A stretch of DNA of 32,000 nucleotides from the NCBI GenBank assembly GCA_017527825.1, contig JAFXPO010000009.1, positions 38,738 to 70,737 on the forward strand. Direction: 5' to 3'. Made by a program: the position numbers and the translations under genes. Positions 9,472 through 17,433 of the stretch are shown one piece after another. The notes beneath the pieces were generated by a model. The model made no database searches and was not told the origin of the DNA. It saw only the letters and a program-made list of their open reading frames with translations. How positions within the stretch are numbered: the stretch's first letter is position 1; every line of letters begins with the position of its first letter. The DNA comes from Oscillospiraceae bacterium (GTDB taxonomy: Bacteria > Bacillota > Clostridia > Oscillospirales > Oscillospiraceae).

Positions 9472-11208
9472 ATGAACATGATTCAGAGCGCGAAGGATCA
9501 AATCGCCGAATTGACGAAACAGGCATACGCCGCCGCGGCTGCCGAGGGTCTGCTGCCGGAGGGCGTGGAGACGCCGGTGAACGTGGAGATTCCGAAGGAT
9601 ACCGCCAACGGCGACTATACGACGACGTTCTGCCTCGCCGCGGCGAAGGCGATGAAGAAAAGCCCCCGCGAGGTGGCGCAGGCGCTGACGGGCAAGATGG
9701 CGCTGGACGGCACATATTTTACAAGCGTGGAGATCGCCGGCCCCGGCTTCCTCAATTTCCGCCTCGGCGAGAAGTGGTACGCGGACGTGCTCGCCGCCGT
9801 GGAGAGCGAGGGGGAGACCTACGGCCGCTCGGCGGGGCTGACGGGGAAGAAGTACATGGTGGAGTTCGTTTCCGCCAATCCCACAGGACCGATGCACATG
9901 GGCAACGCCCGCGGCGGCGTGCTGGGCGACACGCTCGCGAGCGTGCTGGACTGGAACGGCGCGGACGTGGAGCGGGAGTTCTATGTCAACGACGCGGGCA
10001 ACCAGATCGAGAAGTTCGCCAAGAGCATCGAGGCGCGTTACTTCCAGCTCATCCGGGGGGAGGACGCGGTGGAGTTCCCGGAGGACGGCTACCACGGCGA
10101 CGACATCCGCGAGCTGGCGCGGCTCTTTTACGAGCAGCACGGCGAGAGCTATCTGAACAAGACCGTGGAGGAGCGCCACGCGGACATGGCGCGATTCGGG
10201 CTTGACCACAACCTGCCGAAGATGAAGAGCGACCTCGAACGCTACGGCATCCGGTTCGACACCTGGTTCTACGAGTCCACGCTCCATGACAGCGGCTTTG
10301 TGGCGGACTCGGTCAAGGCGCTGACCGACGCGGGCTGGACCTATGAGCAGGACGGCGCGCTGTGGCTCAGGACCGCCGACATCATCCGCGACAACCTGCG
10401 CAAGGCGGGGAAGAAAGAAGCGGACATTGAGAAGCTCGACCTCAAGGACGACGTGCTGCGCCGTGCCAACGGGTTTTATACCTACTTCGCCGCGGACATC
10501 GCCTACCACCGCAACAAGTTCGCGGTGCGCGGCTTCGACAAGGTCATCAACATCTGGGGCGCCGACCACCATGGTCATGTGGCGCGGCTCAAGGGATCGC
10601 TGGATGCGCTGGGGCTGGACGGCAGCGACCGCCTCGACATCGTGTTGATGCAGCTTGTGAAGCTGGTGCGCGACGGCGAGACGGTGCGCATGTCCAAGCG
10701 CACGGGCAAGGCGATCTCGCTTTCCGACCTGCTGGATGAAATTCCCGTGGACGCCTGCCGCTGGTTCTTCAACACCAAGCCCGACACGCAGATGGAGTTT
10801 GACCTCGGTCTCGCCGTCCGGGAGGACAGCGAGAACCCGGTCTACTACGTCCAGTACGCCCACGCCCGCATTTGCAGTCTGCTCAAGACGCTCTCGGACG
10901 AGGGACACACGGCGGGCAGGGGCGCGGATATCACGCTCGCGAACAGCGAACAGGAGCGGGAGCTGATCAAGGCGCTCTCCCGCTTCCCGGAGGAGATCCG
11001 CATGGCGGCGCGGGACTACGACCCCAGCTACATCAACCGCTATCTGGTGGAGCTGTCCGGCGCGTTCCACCGTTTCTACAATGCCTGCCGCATCAAGGGC
11101 GAGGCGGAGGACGTGATCGCCGCGCGTCTCGCGCTGGCGGAGGCGACCCGCCGCGTGATCGCCAACGGTCTCGGCATCCTGGGCGTTACCGCGCCGGCGA
11201 AGATGTGA
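9472..11208 (+). CDS. argS: arginine--tRNA ligase
   Basis: EIAGPGFLNFRL, SANPTGPMHMGNARGG (HIGH-type) and VRMSKRTGK (KMSK-type) motifs. Full length, 578 aa. Confidence 0.96.
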   Translation: MNMIQSAKDQIAELTKQAYAAAAAEGLLPEGVETPVNVEIPKDTANGDYTTTFCLAAAKAMKKSPREVAQALTGKMALDGTYFTSVEIAGPGFLNFRLGEKWYADVLAAVESEGETYGRSAGLTGKKYMVEFVSANPTGPMHMGNARGGVLGDTLASVLDWNGADVEREFYVNDAGNQIEKFAKSIEARYFQLIRGEDAVEFPEDGYHGDDIRELARLFYEQHGESYLNKTVEERHADMARFGLDHNLPKMKSDLERYGIRFDTWFYESTLHDSGFVADSVKALTDAGWTYEQDGALWLRTADIIRDNLRKAGKKEADIEKLDLKDDVLRRANGFYTYFAADIAYHRNKFAVRGFDKVINIWGADHHGHVARLKGSLDALGLDGSDRLDIVLMQLVKLVRDGETVRMSKRTGKAISLSDLLDEIPVDACRWFFNTKPDTQMEFDLGLAVREDSENPVYYVQYAHARICSLLKTLSDEGHTAGRGADITLANSEQERELIKALSRFPEEIRMAARDYDPSYINRYLVELSGAFHRFYNACRIKGEAEDVIAARLALAEATRRVIANGLGILGVTAPAKM

Positions 11209-11239
11209 AAAAAGAGCGGGGGCAAACCCCGCTCTTTTA
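11208..11239. terminator. bidirectional rho-independent terminator (argS / ybaB)
   Basis: AAAAAAGAGCGGGG-gcaaa-CCCCGCTCTTTT between convergent genes. Confidence 0.85.
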
Positions 11240-11305
11240 CTGTTCAGCCGCTCCTCCGCTGGAGCGGAGACGGAATTCAATGGGATACCGGTTCTTCCGT
11301 TCCCT

Positions 11306-11680
11306 TTACAGCCCCGGAATGTTGATCCCGCCGAGGTTGAACGCGCTCGTGAGGGCGTTCATGCTGGACTCCATCGCCTCGTCTGCCTGATGGATCGCCT
11401 CGTTGACCGCGGAGATCACCATGTCCTGAAGCGTCTCCACGTCATCGGGGTCGAGCACGTCGGGCTTGATGGTCAGCGCGGTGAGCTGCTTTTTGCCGCT
11501 GACCGTGGCGCTGACCGCGCCGCCGCCGACGCTGACGGAGAAGCTTTTCTCCTCTACCTCCTGCTGACGCTGCGCCATATCCTCCTGCATTTTGGCGATC
11601 TGCTGCTGCATGGCAGCCTGACGCGCGGACAAGCCGCCGCCGTTGGAGAATCCGCGCCGTGCGCTGTAACCCTTAGCCAT
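11306..11680 (-). CDS. ybaB: YbaB/EbfC family nucleoid-associated protein
   Basis: QQQIAKMQEDMAQRQQEVEEKSF..SVGGGAVSATVSGKKQLTALTIKPDVLDPDDVETLQDMVISAVNEA. Lies immediately downstream of dnaX, as is usual. Confidence 0.9.
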   Translation of the reverse strand: MAKGYSARRGFSNGGGLSARQAAMQQQIAKMQEDMAQRQQEVEEKSFSVSVGGGAVSATVSGKKQLTALTIKPDVLDPDDVETLQDMVISAVNEAIHQADEAMESSMNALTSAFNLGGINIPGL

Positions 11681-11695
11681 TGTTGTTTCCTCCTG

Positions 11696-13354
11696 TTATT
11701 TTACGGTAAAACCGCCGAATTTGCTGCCCATGCGGAGCAGGTCCTGCATTTTGTCGTGGTGATCGTCCGGCGCGTCGCCCACCTCAAAGCGCACCGTTAC
11801 CGGCTGCCCAACGGACTGCGCCACCAGCTCGCTGATGACAGAGACCACCGTGGGGTCGTCCAGACGGCTCTTGTGGATTTCGCTGGGACAGTAGACCGTC
11901 AGCGTACCGTCGCTCAGTACGCCGTGGGTCTTGCCGATGAACGAGCGCTTGTCCGGCGCGAGCCGGTTTTTGAAGTTCTCCATCAGGTCCGCGTACACCT
12001 GCGTGCTGCCCGCCGCGGGCGGGTCGGACACGGCGGGCTCCGCCGCGACCGGTTCCGCGCTTTGCGCCTCCGGCGCCGCGGGGACACCGACCGATTCACC
12101 ATAGGGCGGCGGACCGTCGTCCTCAAGGGGCGCGTCGTCCGGCGCGGGGATATCCGCGGGTGGCGCGGGAAGCTCCACCGCCGGCACGGCTGCCGCGGCG
12201 TAAGCCGCGCCCGCCGCCAGCCGTTCCTCCACGCGGGAGATGCGGGCGTTGATCGCGGCGAGGTCGCCGGACAGGCTCTCGTCGCACAGCCGCAGAAGGC
12301 ACAGTTCCGCGTCGGTGCGGCGGTTGACGCTGTTTTGCAGCGCCGCCGCGGTTTCCTGCAAAACCGTGCAGATTTGGATGAGACGCGCACTGGTGGCGGC
12401 TTTTTGCAGTGCGCCGAGCGTCCCGGCGTCGTAGCCGCCGCTGAGCAGCGCCGCGCCGCCCTCCGGCGCGGTGGACGAGATCAGCAGGTCACGCGAGAGC
12501 GTTGCCAGCTCGCCCAGCATCGCCTCCACGTCCTTGCCGCCGGTGTAGAGCTTGTGGAGCAGCAGAAGCGCCGCCTTGGCGTCGCGCTGCAAAATGAGCG
12601 CCATGAGCTGCGCGGTCTGCACGTTGCCCGCGAGACCCAGCGCGTCCAGCACAGCCCTTGCGTCAATCGCTCCGCCGGTGGCGGCGCACTGGTCGAGCAG
12701 GCTCAGCGCGTCGCGCAGCGCGCCGTCAGAGAGTCGCGAGAGCAGCTCCGCGCCGTCCGGGCGCAGGTCGATACCCTCCTGCTTCGCCACATAGTCCAGC
12801 CGCGCCTCAATGTCCCGCGGCAGGATGCGGCGGAACGCGAAGCGCTGGCAGCGCGAGAGGATCGTGGGCAGCACCTTGTGCAGCTCGGTGGTGGCGAGTA
12901 TGAACATCAAATGCTCCGGCGGCTCCTCCAGAATCTTGAGCAGCGCGTTGAACGCCGCGCCGGAGAGCATGTGCACCTCGTCGATGATGTACACGCGCTT
13001 TTTGACCTGCGCGGGAGCGTAGACCGCTTCGTCGCGCAACGCGCGGACGCTGTCCACGCCGTTGTTGGACGCGGCGTCCAGCTCGGTTACGTCCAGAAAC
13101 GCGCCGGAGTCGATGCCGAGGCAGGACGGGCAGCGGTTGCAGGGATCGCCGTTTTGCGGGTTCTCGCAGTTGACCGCCTTGGCGAGGATTTTCGCGCAGG
13201 TGGTCTTGCCGGTGCCGCGGGTGCCGGTGAAGAGGTAGGCGTGGCTCAGCCGCCCCTCGGCAACCTGCCGCCGGAGCGTCGAGGTGATATGCTCCTGCCC
13301 GACCACGTCGGAGAAGGTTTTGGGCCGCCACTTGCGGTAAAGTGCCTGATACAA
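11696..13354 (-). CDS. dnaX: DNA polymerase III subunit gamma/tau
   Basis: (M)YQALYRKWRPKTFSDVVGQEHI...GTRGTGKTTCAKILA...CNRCPSC. TTG start at 13354 sits 5 nt after AGGAGGTG. The 45-aa N-terminal extension in the track overlaps the SRP RNA and is rejected. Confidence 0.95.
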   Translation of the reverse strand: MYQALYRKWRPKTFSDVVGQEHITSTLRRQVAEGRLSHAYLFTGTRGTGKTTCAKILAKAVNCENPQNGDPCNRCPSCLGIDSGAFLDVTELDAASNNGVDSVRALRDEAVYAPAQVKKRVYIIDEVHMLSGAAFNALLKILEEPPEHLMFILATTELHKVLPTILSRCQRFAFRRILPRDIEARLDYVAKQEGIDLRPDGAELLSRLSDGALRDALSLLDQCAATGGAIDARAVLDALGLAGNVQTAQLMALILQRDAKAALLLLHKLYTGGKDVEAMLGELATLSRDLLISSTAPEGGAALLSGGYDAGTLGALQKAATSARLIQICTVLQETAAALQNSVNRRTDAELCLLRLCDESLSGDLAAINARISRVEERLAAGAAYAAAAVPAVELPAPPADIPAPDDAPLEDDGPPPYGESVGVPAAPEAQSAEPVAAEPAVSDPPAAGSTQVYADLMENFKNRLAPDKRSFIGKTHGVLSDGTLTVYCPSEIHKSRLDDPTVVSVISELVAQSVGQPVTVRFEVGDAPDDHHDKMQDLLRMGSKFGGFTVK

Positions 13355-13383
13355 GAGCGCACCTCCTACAAGACAGATAGAAT

Positions 13384-13520
13384 CCTCCGCGCTCTGCCAC
13401 GGAACCGGCGCCCTTGCGGCGCATGAATGGTCCCGCTTAATGCTGCTCGGTTCCCCGCCTGACATGGTTCGCGGGTATTCATCGCGCAAGACCGGTTCCG
13501 CAGCAGACTGCGGAGGACAA
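13384..13520 (-). ncRNA. ffs: signal recognition particle RNA (short form)
   Basis: Minus strand contains GAACCATGTCAGGCGGGGAACCGAGCAGCATTAAGCGGGACCATTCATGCGCCGCAAGG. This is near-identical in pattern to B. subtilis scRNA domain IV (GAACCAUGUCAGGUCCGGAAGGAAGCAGCAUUAAGUG...CAUGUGCCGCAGGG). Closing helix is CCTCCGC...CGGAACCGG / CCGGTTCCG...GCGGAGG. Conserved position upstream of dnaX. Ends are approximate (+/-5 nt). Confidence 0.85.
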
Positions 13521-13528
13521 CATCAGAT

Positions 13529-13557
13529 ATTTTACTATAGGTCGGCGAAAGATGCAA
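13529..13557 (-). promoter_or_regulatory. promoter of SRP RNA (and probably dnaX)
   Basis: Minus strand TTGCAT (13557-13552), 17-nt spacer, TAAAAT (13534-13529), about 8 nt before the predicted RNA 5' end. Confidence 0.6.
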
Positions 13558-13589
13558 CAGAAAAATTTTGTTTTTTTGAAAATCAGGGC

Positions 13590-13618
13590 TTTACAAATCG
13601 GAAAAACTGTGGTATTGT
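13590..13618 (+). promoter_or_regulatory. promoter of tRNA-Ala
   Basis: TTTACA (13590-13595), 17-nt spacer containing TGg, TATTGT (13613-13618). About 45 nt upstream of the tRNA. Confidence 0.55.
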
Positions 13619-13668
13619 ACTTGAGCTGACAAAAGAAACCGAAAGCGTCGGCGGCGAAAATAGAATAT

Positions 13669-13744
13669 GGGCCTGTAGCTCAGTTGGGAGAGCGTACGGT
13701 TCGCATCCGTAAGGTCGTGGGTTCGAATCCCTTCAGGTCCACCA
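13669..13744 (+). tRNA. tRNA-Ala (anticodon CGC), CCA encoded
   Basis: Cloverleaf by hand: acceptor GGGCCTG/CAGGTCC with G3:U70, D arm GCTC/GAGC, anticodon loop TTCGCAT (CGC at 13702-13704), T loop TTCGAAT. The T stem GTGGG/CCCTT has one U:U mismatch and one G:U pair. Confidence 0.9.
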
Positions 13745-13747
13745 CTG

Positions 13748-13787
13748 GAATCACTCGAAATTGTTATGATTTCGAGTGATTCTTTTG
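13748..13787 (+). terminator. rho-independent terminator after tRNA-Ala
   Basis: GAATCACTCGAAAT-tgttatg-ATTTCGAGTGATTC followed by TTTTG. Confidence 0.7.
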
Positions 13788-13841
13788 CAATATTGGTGGA
13801 TAACGCTTAAAGAAGTTGCGGTTGCAGAGTGACTCAAAAAA

Positions 13842-13864
13842 GTTTTCCCTTATGTTTTCCCTTA
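13842..13864. repeat. tandem 11-bp direct repeat (candidate integrase arm-type sites)
   Basis: GTTTTCCCTTA t GTTTTCCCTTA, 10 nt from the integrase stop, between tRNA-Ala and int. Confidence 0.5.
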
Positions 13865-13873
13865 CTGGCTGCA

Positions 13874-15148
13874 TCAGCTCGAAACGGACTGGATAAACGC
13901 CTCCATACGCGCCGCGCTTGCCTGCTGCATCTGCGGTGTCACATGACCGTAAACGTCAAGCGTAAATGCAGCCGTGGCGTGACCGAGATTTCCCTGCACA
14001 GTCTTGATGTCGTCGCCGGACTGAAGAGCGGCAACGGCATAGCTATGACGCAAATCGTGCAGCCTGGCGTGCGGGAGACCAATCGCCTTAACGATCTTTT
14101 TGTAGTTGTCATAGACCGTATGCGGCGAAATCCGTTCTCCGAACTCATCGCAGAAGACAAACCCGTTGTCGTGCCACAAGGGCCCCGCCATCAACCGTGC
14201 CTCATTTTGCTGCGAGCGATGCTTGCGGAGCAGGTTGACAATAGTAGGTGCTGCCAGAATAGTGCGGCTTTTGCCGTTCTTTGTGGACACCAACTTCCAT
14301 TCGCCGGGGTGTCCCGGAACGTTTTGAAGCTGCTTATTGATCCGGATCGTGCCTTTGTCGAGGTTGATGCAATCCCACGTCAATCCGCAGGCTTCGCCTC
14401 GACGCATCCCCGTAAAGAGCATCACAAGAAAGATCGTCTCGTACTTGTTACCCTTGATGGCATTTGTAAACTCAGCAATGTCATTGGCGTCCAACGGCAC
14501 GATCTCCTTGCGCTCAACGCGAGGCAGCTCACAAGCATCAGTGGGGTTGAAGCGGATATATCCGACTTTGACAGCCTGCTGCAGAGCACGATGGAGAACA
14601 CCGTGGATGTTTTTAATCGTCTTTGCGGACAGGGGTGCGGTGTTCTCGTAGACGATTTTGCCATCCTTACGGATTGCCTTGCCGTCTTTATCATGCTTGG
14701 GAACCAACATGCCCTCTTTTGCGAGACTGTTGTAGAAGCCTTGAATCACATGAGGATGCAGCGCATCCAGACGAATCGCTCCGAGCGCGGGATTGATATG
14801 GTTTTTGATATTCGCGGAATAGCTGAGAACGGTATGCGGTTTGACGGATACAAGGTAATCTCGCTCCCAGATTTCCAGCCACTCGCGCAGGGTCATCTTG
14901 CAAGGCTCGATATACTGATCCGTATCAATTTCGGTTGTGAACTGGCGAAGTTTCTGAGCCACTTCCTTCTGCGTCTTGCCCGTGACGGACTTCTGTATCT
15001 GTTTTCCCGTTCCGGGATCGAAGCCGGTCGTATACCGAGCTTCCCAATAGGTGTATTCTTTCCCATTGCGCTTCACGGTCTTCTTCCGGATGGTCCCGGC
15101 GCCGGAAGCGCCTTTTGTATTTTTCGCGTTGCTTTTGCCGCGCGGCAT
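13874..15148 (-). CDS. int: tyrosine site-specific integrase (phage/ICE type, with arm-binding N-terminus)
   Basis: N-terminus KEYTYWEARYTTGFDPGTGKQIQKSVTGKTQKEV. C-terminal catalytic region LFTGMRRGE...HDLRHSYA...LGHATAAFTLDVYGHV. ATG at 15148 is 8 nt after AGGAGG. Confidence 0.93.
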   Translation of the reverse strand: MPRGKSNAKNTKGASGAGTIRKKTVKRNGKEYTYWEARYTTGFDPGTGKQIQKSVTGKTQKEVAQKLRQFTTEIDTDQYIEPCKMTLREWLEIWERDYLVSVKPHTVLSYSANIKNHINPALGAIRLDALHPHVIQGFYNSLAKEGMLVPKHDKDGKAIRKDGKIVYENTAPLSAKTIKNIHGVLHRALQQAVKVGYIRFNPTDACELPRVERKEIVPLDANDIAEFTNAIKGNKYETIFLVMLFTGMRRGEACGLTWDCINLDKGTIRINKQLQNVPGHPGEWKLVSTKNGKSRTILAAPTIVNLLRKHRSQQNEARLMAGPLWHDNGFVFCDEFGERISPHTVYDNYKKIVKAIGLPHARLHDLRHSYAVAALQSGDDIKTVQGNLGHATAAFTLDVYGHVTPQMQQASAARMEAFIQSVSS

Positions 15149-15170
15149 AGTCAAAACCTCCTTTCGCGCC

Positions 15171-15226
15171 GCACGGCAGGAATCATGTTCCCATGATACC
15201 CGCCGTGCGACACATTTGCAAATGTG
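15171..15226 (-). promoter_or_regulatory. structured xis-int intergenic element (long hairpin plus 16-bp palindrome)
   Basis: GCACGGCAGGAATCATG-ttcc-CATGATACCCGCCGTGC (15/17 bp stem, 15171-15208), then the perfect palindrome CACATTTGCAAATGTG (15211-15226). Confidence 0.35.
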
Positions 15227-15238
15227 GAATCTTTTATT

Positions 15239-15430
15239 TTACCTTGAAAGGTATTCCGCGACTGCCTCCTTGGGCACGCGGATGTTTCTCCCGACGCGGA
15301 TGCTGCGGATCTGACCGCTGCGCACCAGCTCATACGCCGTGTTGCGCCCAATGCAGAGCACGGGCATCAGGTCCTCGACCTTCATCACGAGTGGAAGGTC
15401 GTTGATCGAACAATACTTCTTTTCGTCCAT
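15239..15430 (-). CDS. xis: excisionase-family / MerR-like HTH DNA-binding protein
   Basis: 63 aa: LMPVLCIGRNTAYELVRSGQIRSIRVGRNIRVPKEAVAEYL. Position immediately upstream of int. GGAGGG RBS. Confidence 0.75.
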   Translation of the reverse strand: MDEKKYCSINDLPLVMKVEDLMPVLCIGRNTAYELVRSGQIRSIRVGRNIRVPKEAVAEYLSR

Positions 15431-15441
15431 GGCGGCCCTCC

Positions 15442-17433
15442 TTATCTCGCGTCATAGTCACGGGGCTTTTTCTTCGGAGGGTGGTAGTTCTCCTCCAGAA
15501 CGCCCATGATCTCGGATTGCATCTTCTTCGGCGTGTACCCTGCCGGAAACAGCGGACGCAGTCGGTCCATCGGCAGCGAGAGCCGCTCGCGCTGGTTCGG
15601 CTTTTCTTCTGCCATGATCTCCTCAATGCCGCTCTCGGTGAGGGCAAAGAGCCTCTCGTCGCACATCCTGTGCATCCGCACCGCCTGAGAATAGGACGGC
15701 GTGGCGTCGTACAGCTCGATTGTGTCAACGAGGTGCTTTTGCAAACGCTCCGGCAGGAACGAAAGCTCCACGCCGACCGAGAACGCGATGCGCTTCGTGT
15801 CCACCATGTCCAGCAGCGCGGGGATGAGATGGGTCAGACGGATATAGCGTAGAACCTGATTTTTGCTGTCACCGCTTTCCATGCCGATCAGCTCGACGGT
15901 CAGCAGCTTCTCCCCGAGTTGGGGAGAAGCTGCTCCTTGATGAGCGAGCGCGTCGCGCTTCAGCTTGTAGGCAAAAGCCTTTTCGCTCGGCAGGATGTGC
16001 TCACGGTGGAGGTTGCTGTCCACCAACTCGATGGCCGCCGCGTCGCGGTCCACGGCATGAATAAAGGCGGGGACGGTATCCACCCCTGCCTTCTGCGCGG
16101 CGTGGAGTCTCCGATGTCCGGAGATCACCTCATATTCATCGGTCGTGCCCTCCAACGGGCGAACGATCAGCGGCGACATAACGCCGTGTTTCCGGATGCT
16201 CTCGGCGATCTTCCGCTTGGTCGCCTCCTCGACCTCCTTGGGCTTGGGACGGCGGAGCGTGTTGCGGCAGAGCTGACGCTCATGCTCCAGCTCCTTGATC
16301 TTCGTCTCGGTTTTCGTGATGAACTGGGACAGGTCCTCCGGCGTGTGGATTTCGTTTTCCGACATGAGCATATACGCCGCGTGGAGCTGGTCAAAGCGTT
16401 CCAACTCGGCGCGGACAGACGGCGAGAGCGGGCGGAAGGAGACCTCGCCCTCCTGTTCCTCGCGTGTCAGCTTCACCATCTGCAAAATGATGAAGAACAC
16501 CACATCGACGAGAACGGTCACGGTGTCATGGGAGTGCATGATCTCATAATCCAGCCTCCGCTCCATCTCCAACAGCGGGAAACGCTTCGGGCGATATGGC
16601 AGGTTGCTGTTCCAGCCGTGCAGCGCAGCGGGGTCATACAGGTTTATCCTGATTCTCTCCTGAATGACCTCGTAGGTGAAGCCGAGCCGGTCGAGGCGAA
16701 TGCCGCGTTCCCAGTCCGGCGCTTTCACCGTGCCGCGCTGCCAGTCGTACTCGTAGCCCTTGGCTCGGAGCTGCGCAATCACATCATCGAAGCGCATGGC
16801 ATAACGCATACTGTCCTCGACGTCGCGTTTCAGCATGGCGCGGTGCGTCAGCTTGCCCTGCTTCTCCGCCCAATACGCGCCGCGACTCTTTCCACCGAAG
16901 AATGTCGCTCCCTCCAGGACGGAGAGCTGGCGCTCGCGGCAGATCGCGTCGGAGATCTCGCGCAGGTGGATGTGGTCGCGGATGTGGTTTTGGAACTTCT
17001 TGCCATCCTTATAGGAAACGGCATTGACCACCATGTGATTGTGGATCGTGCCCGTGTTCAGATGCGTCGTGACAAGCACCTGAAAGCGGTCGCCCCACAT
17101 CTGCTTGGCGGTCTCGATGCCGATGCGGTGCGCCTCCTCCGGCGTGACCTCTCCGGGCTTGAAGCTCTGATACCCGTGGTAGGCGACGATCTGGCCCTTC
17201 AGCCCGAAACGCTTTTGCACCGCCGCCATATCCTCGTAGGCGTGCTCCGCCGTGCAGTGGACACCGGTGACGAAAAGTCGCTGGTCGGTCTTGTCGTCGT
17301 TCTCTGCATAGCGAAGCACCTGGGCGAGATCGTCGTCCAGGTACTTCGGGTTCGTGGTCTTATCCGGATTGTCGGCGTAGGCGATGACAGCGCCGAGCGA
17401 GCTGCGCACGGGCCAGAAGCCGGTGGTTGCCAT
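15442..17433 (-). CDS. relaxase/mobilization nuclease fused in frame to a ParB-like N-terminal (ParB/Srx) domain and its C-terminal region
   Basis: aa 1-390: relaxase features (VAYHGYQSF, THLNTGTIHNHMVVN His triad). aa ~405-663: IAESIRKHGVMSPLIVRP...YEVISGHRRLHAAQKAGVDTVPAF...VDSNLHREHILPSEKAFAYK...QVLRYIRLTHLIPALLDMVD. This is typical of stand-alone ParB-like proteins of clostridial mobile elements. Confidence 0.88.
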   Translation of the reverse strand: MATTGFWPVRSSLGAVIAYADNPDKTTNPKYLDDDLAQVLRYAENDDKTDQRLFVTGVHCTAEHAYEDMAAVQKRFGLKGQIVAYHGYQSFKPGEVTPEEAHRIGIETAKQMWGDRFQVLVTTHLNTGTIHNHMVVNAVSYKDGKKFQNHIRDHIHLREISDAICRERQLSVLEGATFFGGKSRGAYWAEKQGKLTHRAMLKRDVEDSMRYAMRFDDVIAQLRAKGYEYDWQRGTVKAPDWERGIRLDRLGFTYEVIQERIRINLYDPAALHGWNSNLPYRPKRFPLLEMERRLDYEIMHSHDTVTVLVDVVFFIILQMVKLTREEQEGEVSFRPLSPSVRAELERFDQLHAAYMLMSENEIHTPEDLSQFITKTETKIKELEHERQLCRNTLRRPKPKEVEEATKRKIAESIRKHGVMSPLIVRPLEGTTDEYEVISGHRRLHAAQKAGVDTVPAFIHAVDRDAAAIELVDSNLHREHILPSEKAFAYKLKRDALAHQGAASPQLGEKLLTVELIGMESGDSKNQVLRYIRLTHLIPALLDMVDTKRIAFSVGVELSFLPERLQKHLVDTIELYDATPSYSQAVRMHRMCDERLFALTESGIEEIMAEEKPNQRERLSLPMDRLRPLFPAGYTPKKMQSEIMGVLEENYHPPKKKPRDYDAR

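Noticed and set aside
9424-11280. 618-aa minus-strand ORF
   Set aside because: Antisense shadow of argS; low-complexity R/A/L/V-rich translation.
11390-13426. 678-aa plus-strand ORF
   Set aside because: Antisense shadow of dnaX and ybaB.
13355-13489. N-terminal extension of dnaX (MRDEYPRTMSGGEPSS...)
   Set aside because: It overlaps the SRP RNA. The canonical DnaX N-terminus YQALYRKWRP starts at TTG 13354, directly after AGGAGGTG.
13440-13712. 90-aa plus-strand ORF
   Set aside because: It spans the SRP RNA promoter, an intergenic region and the first half of tRNA-Ala, so it is not coding.
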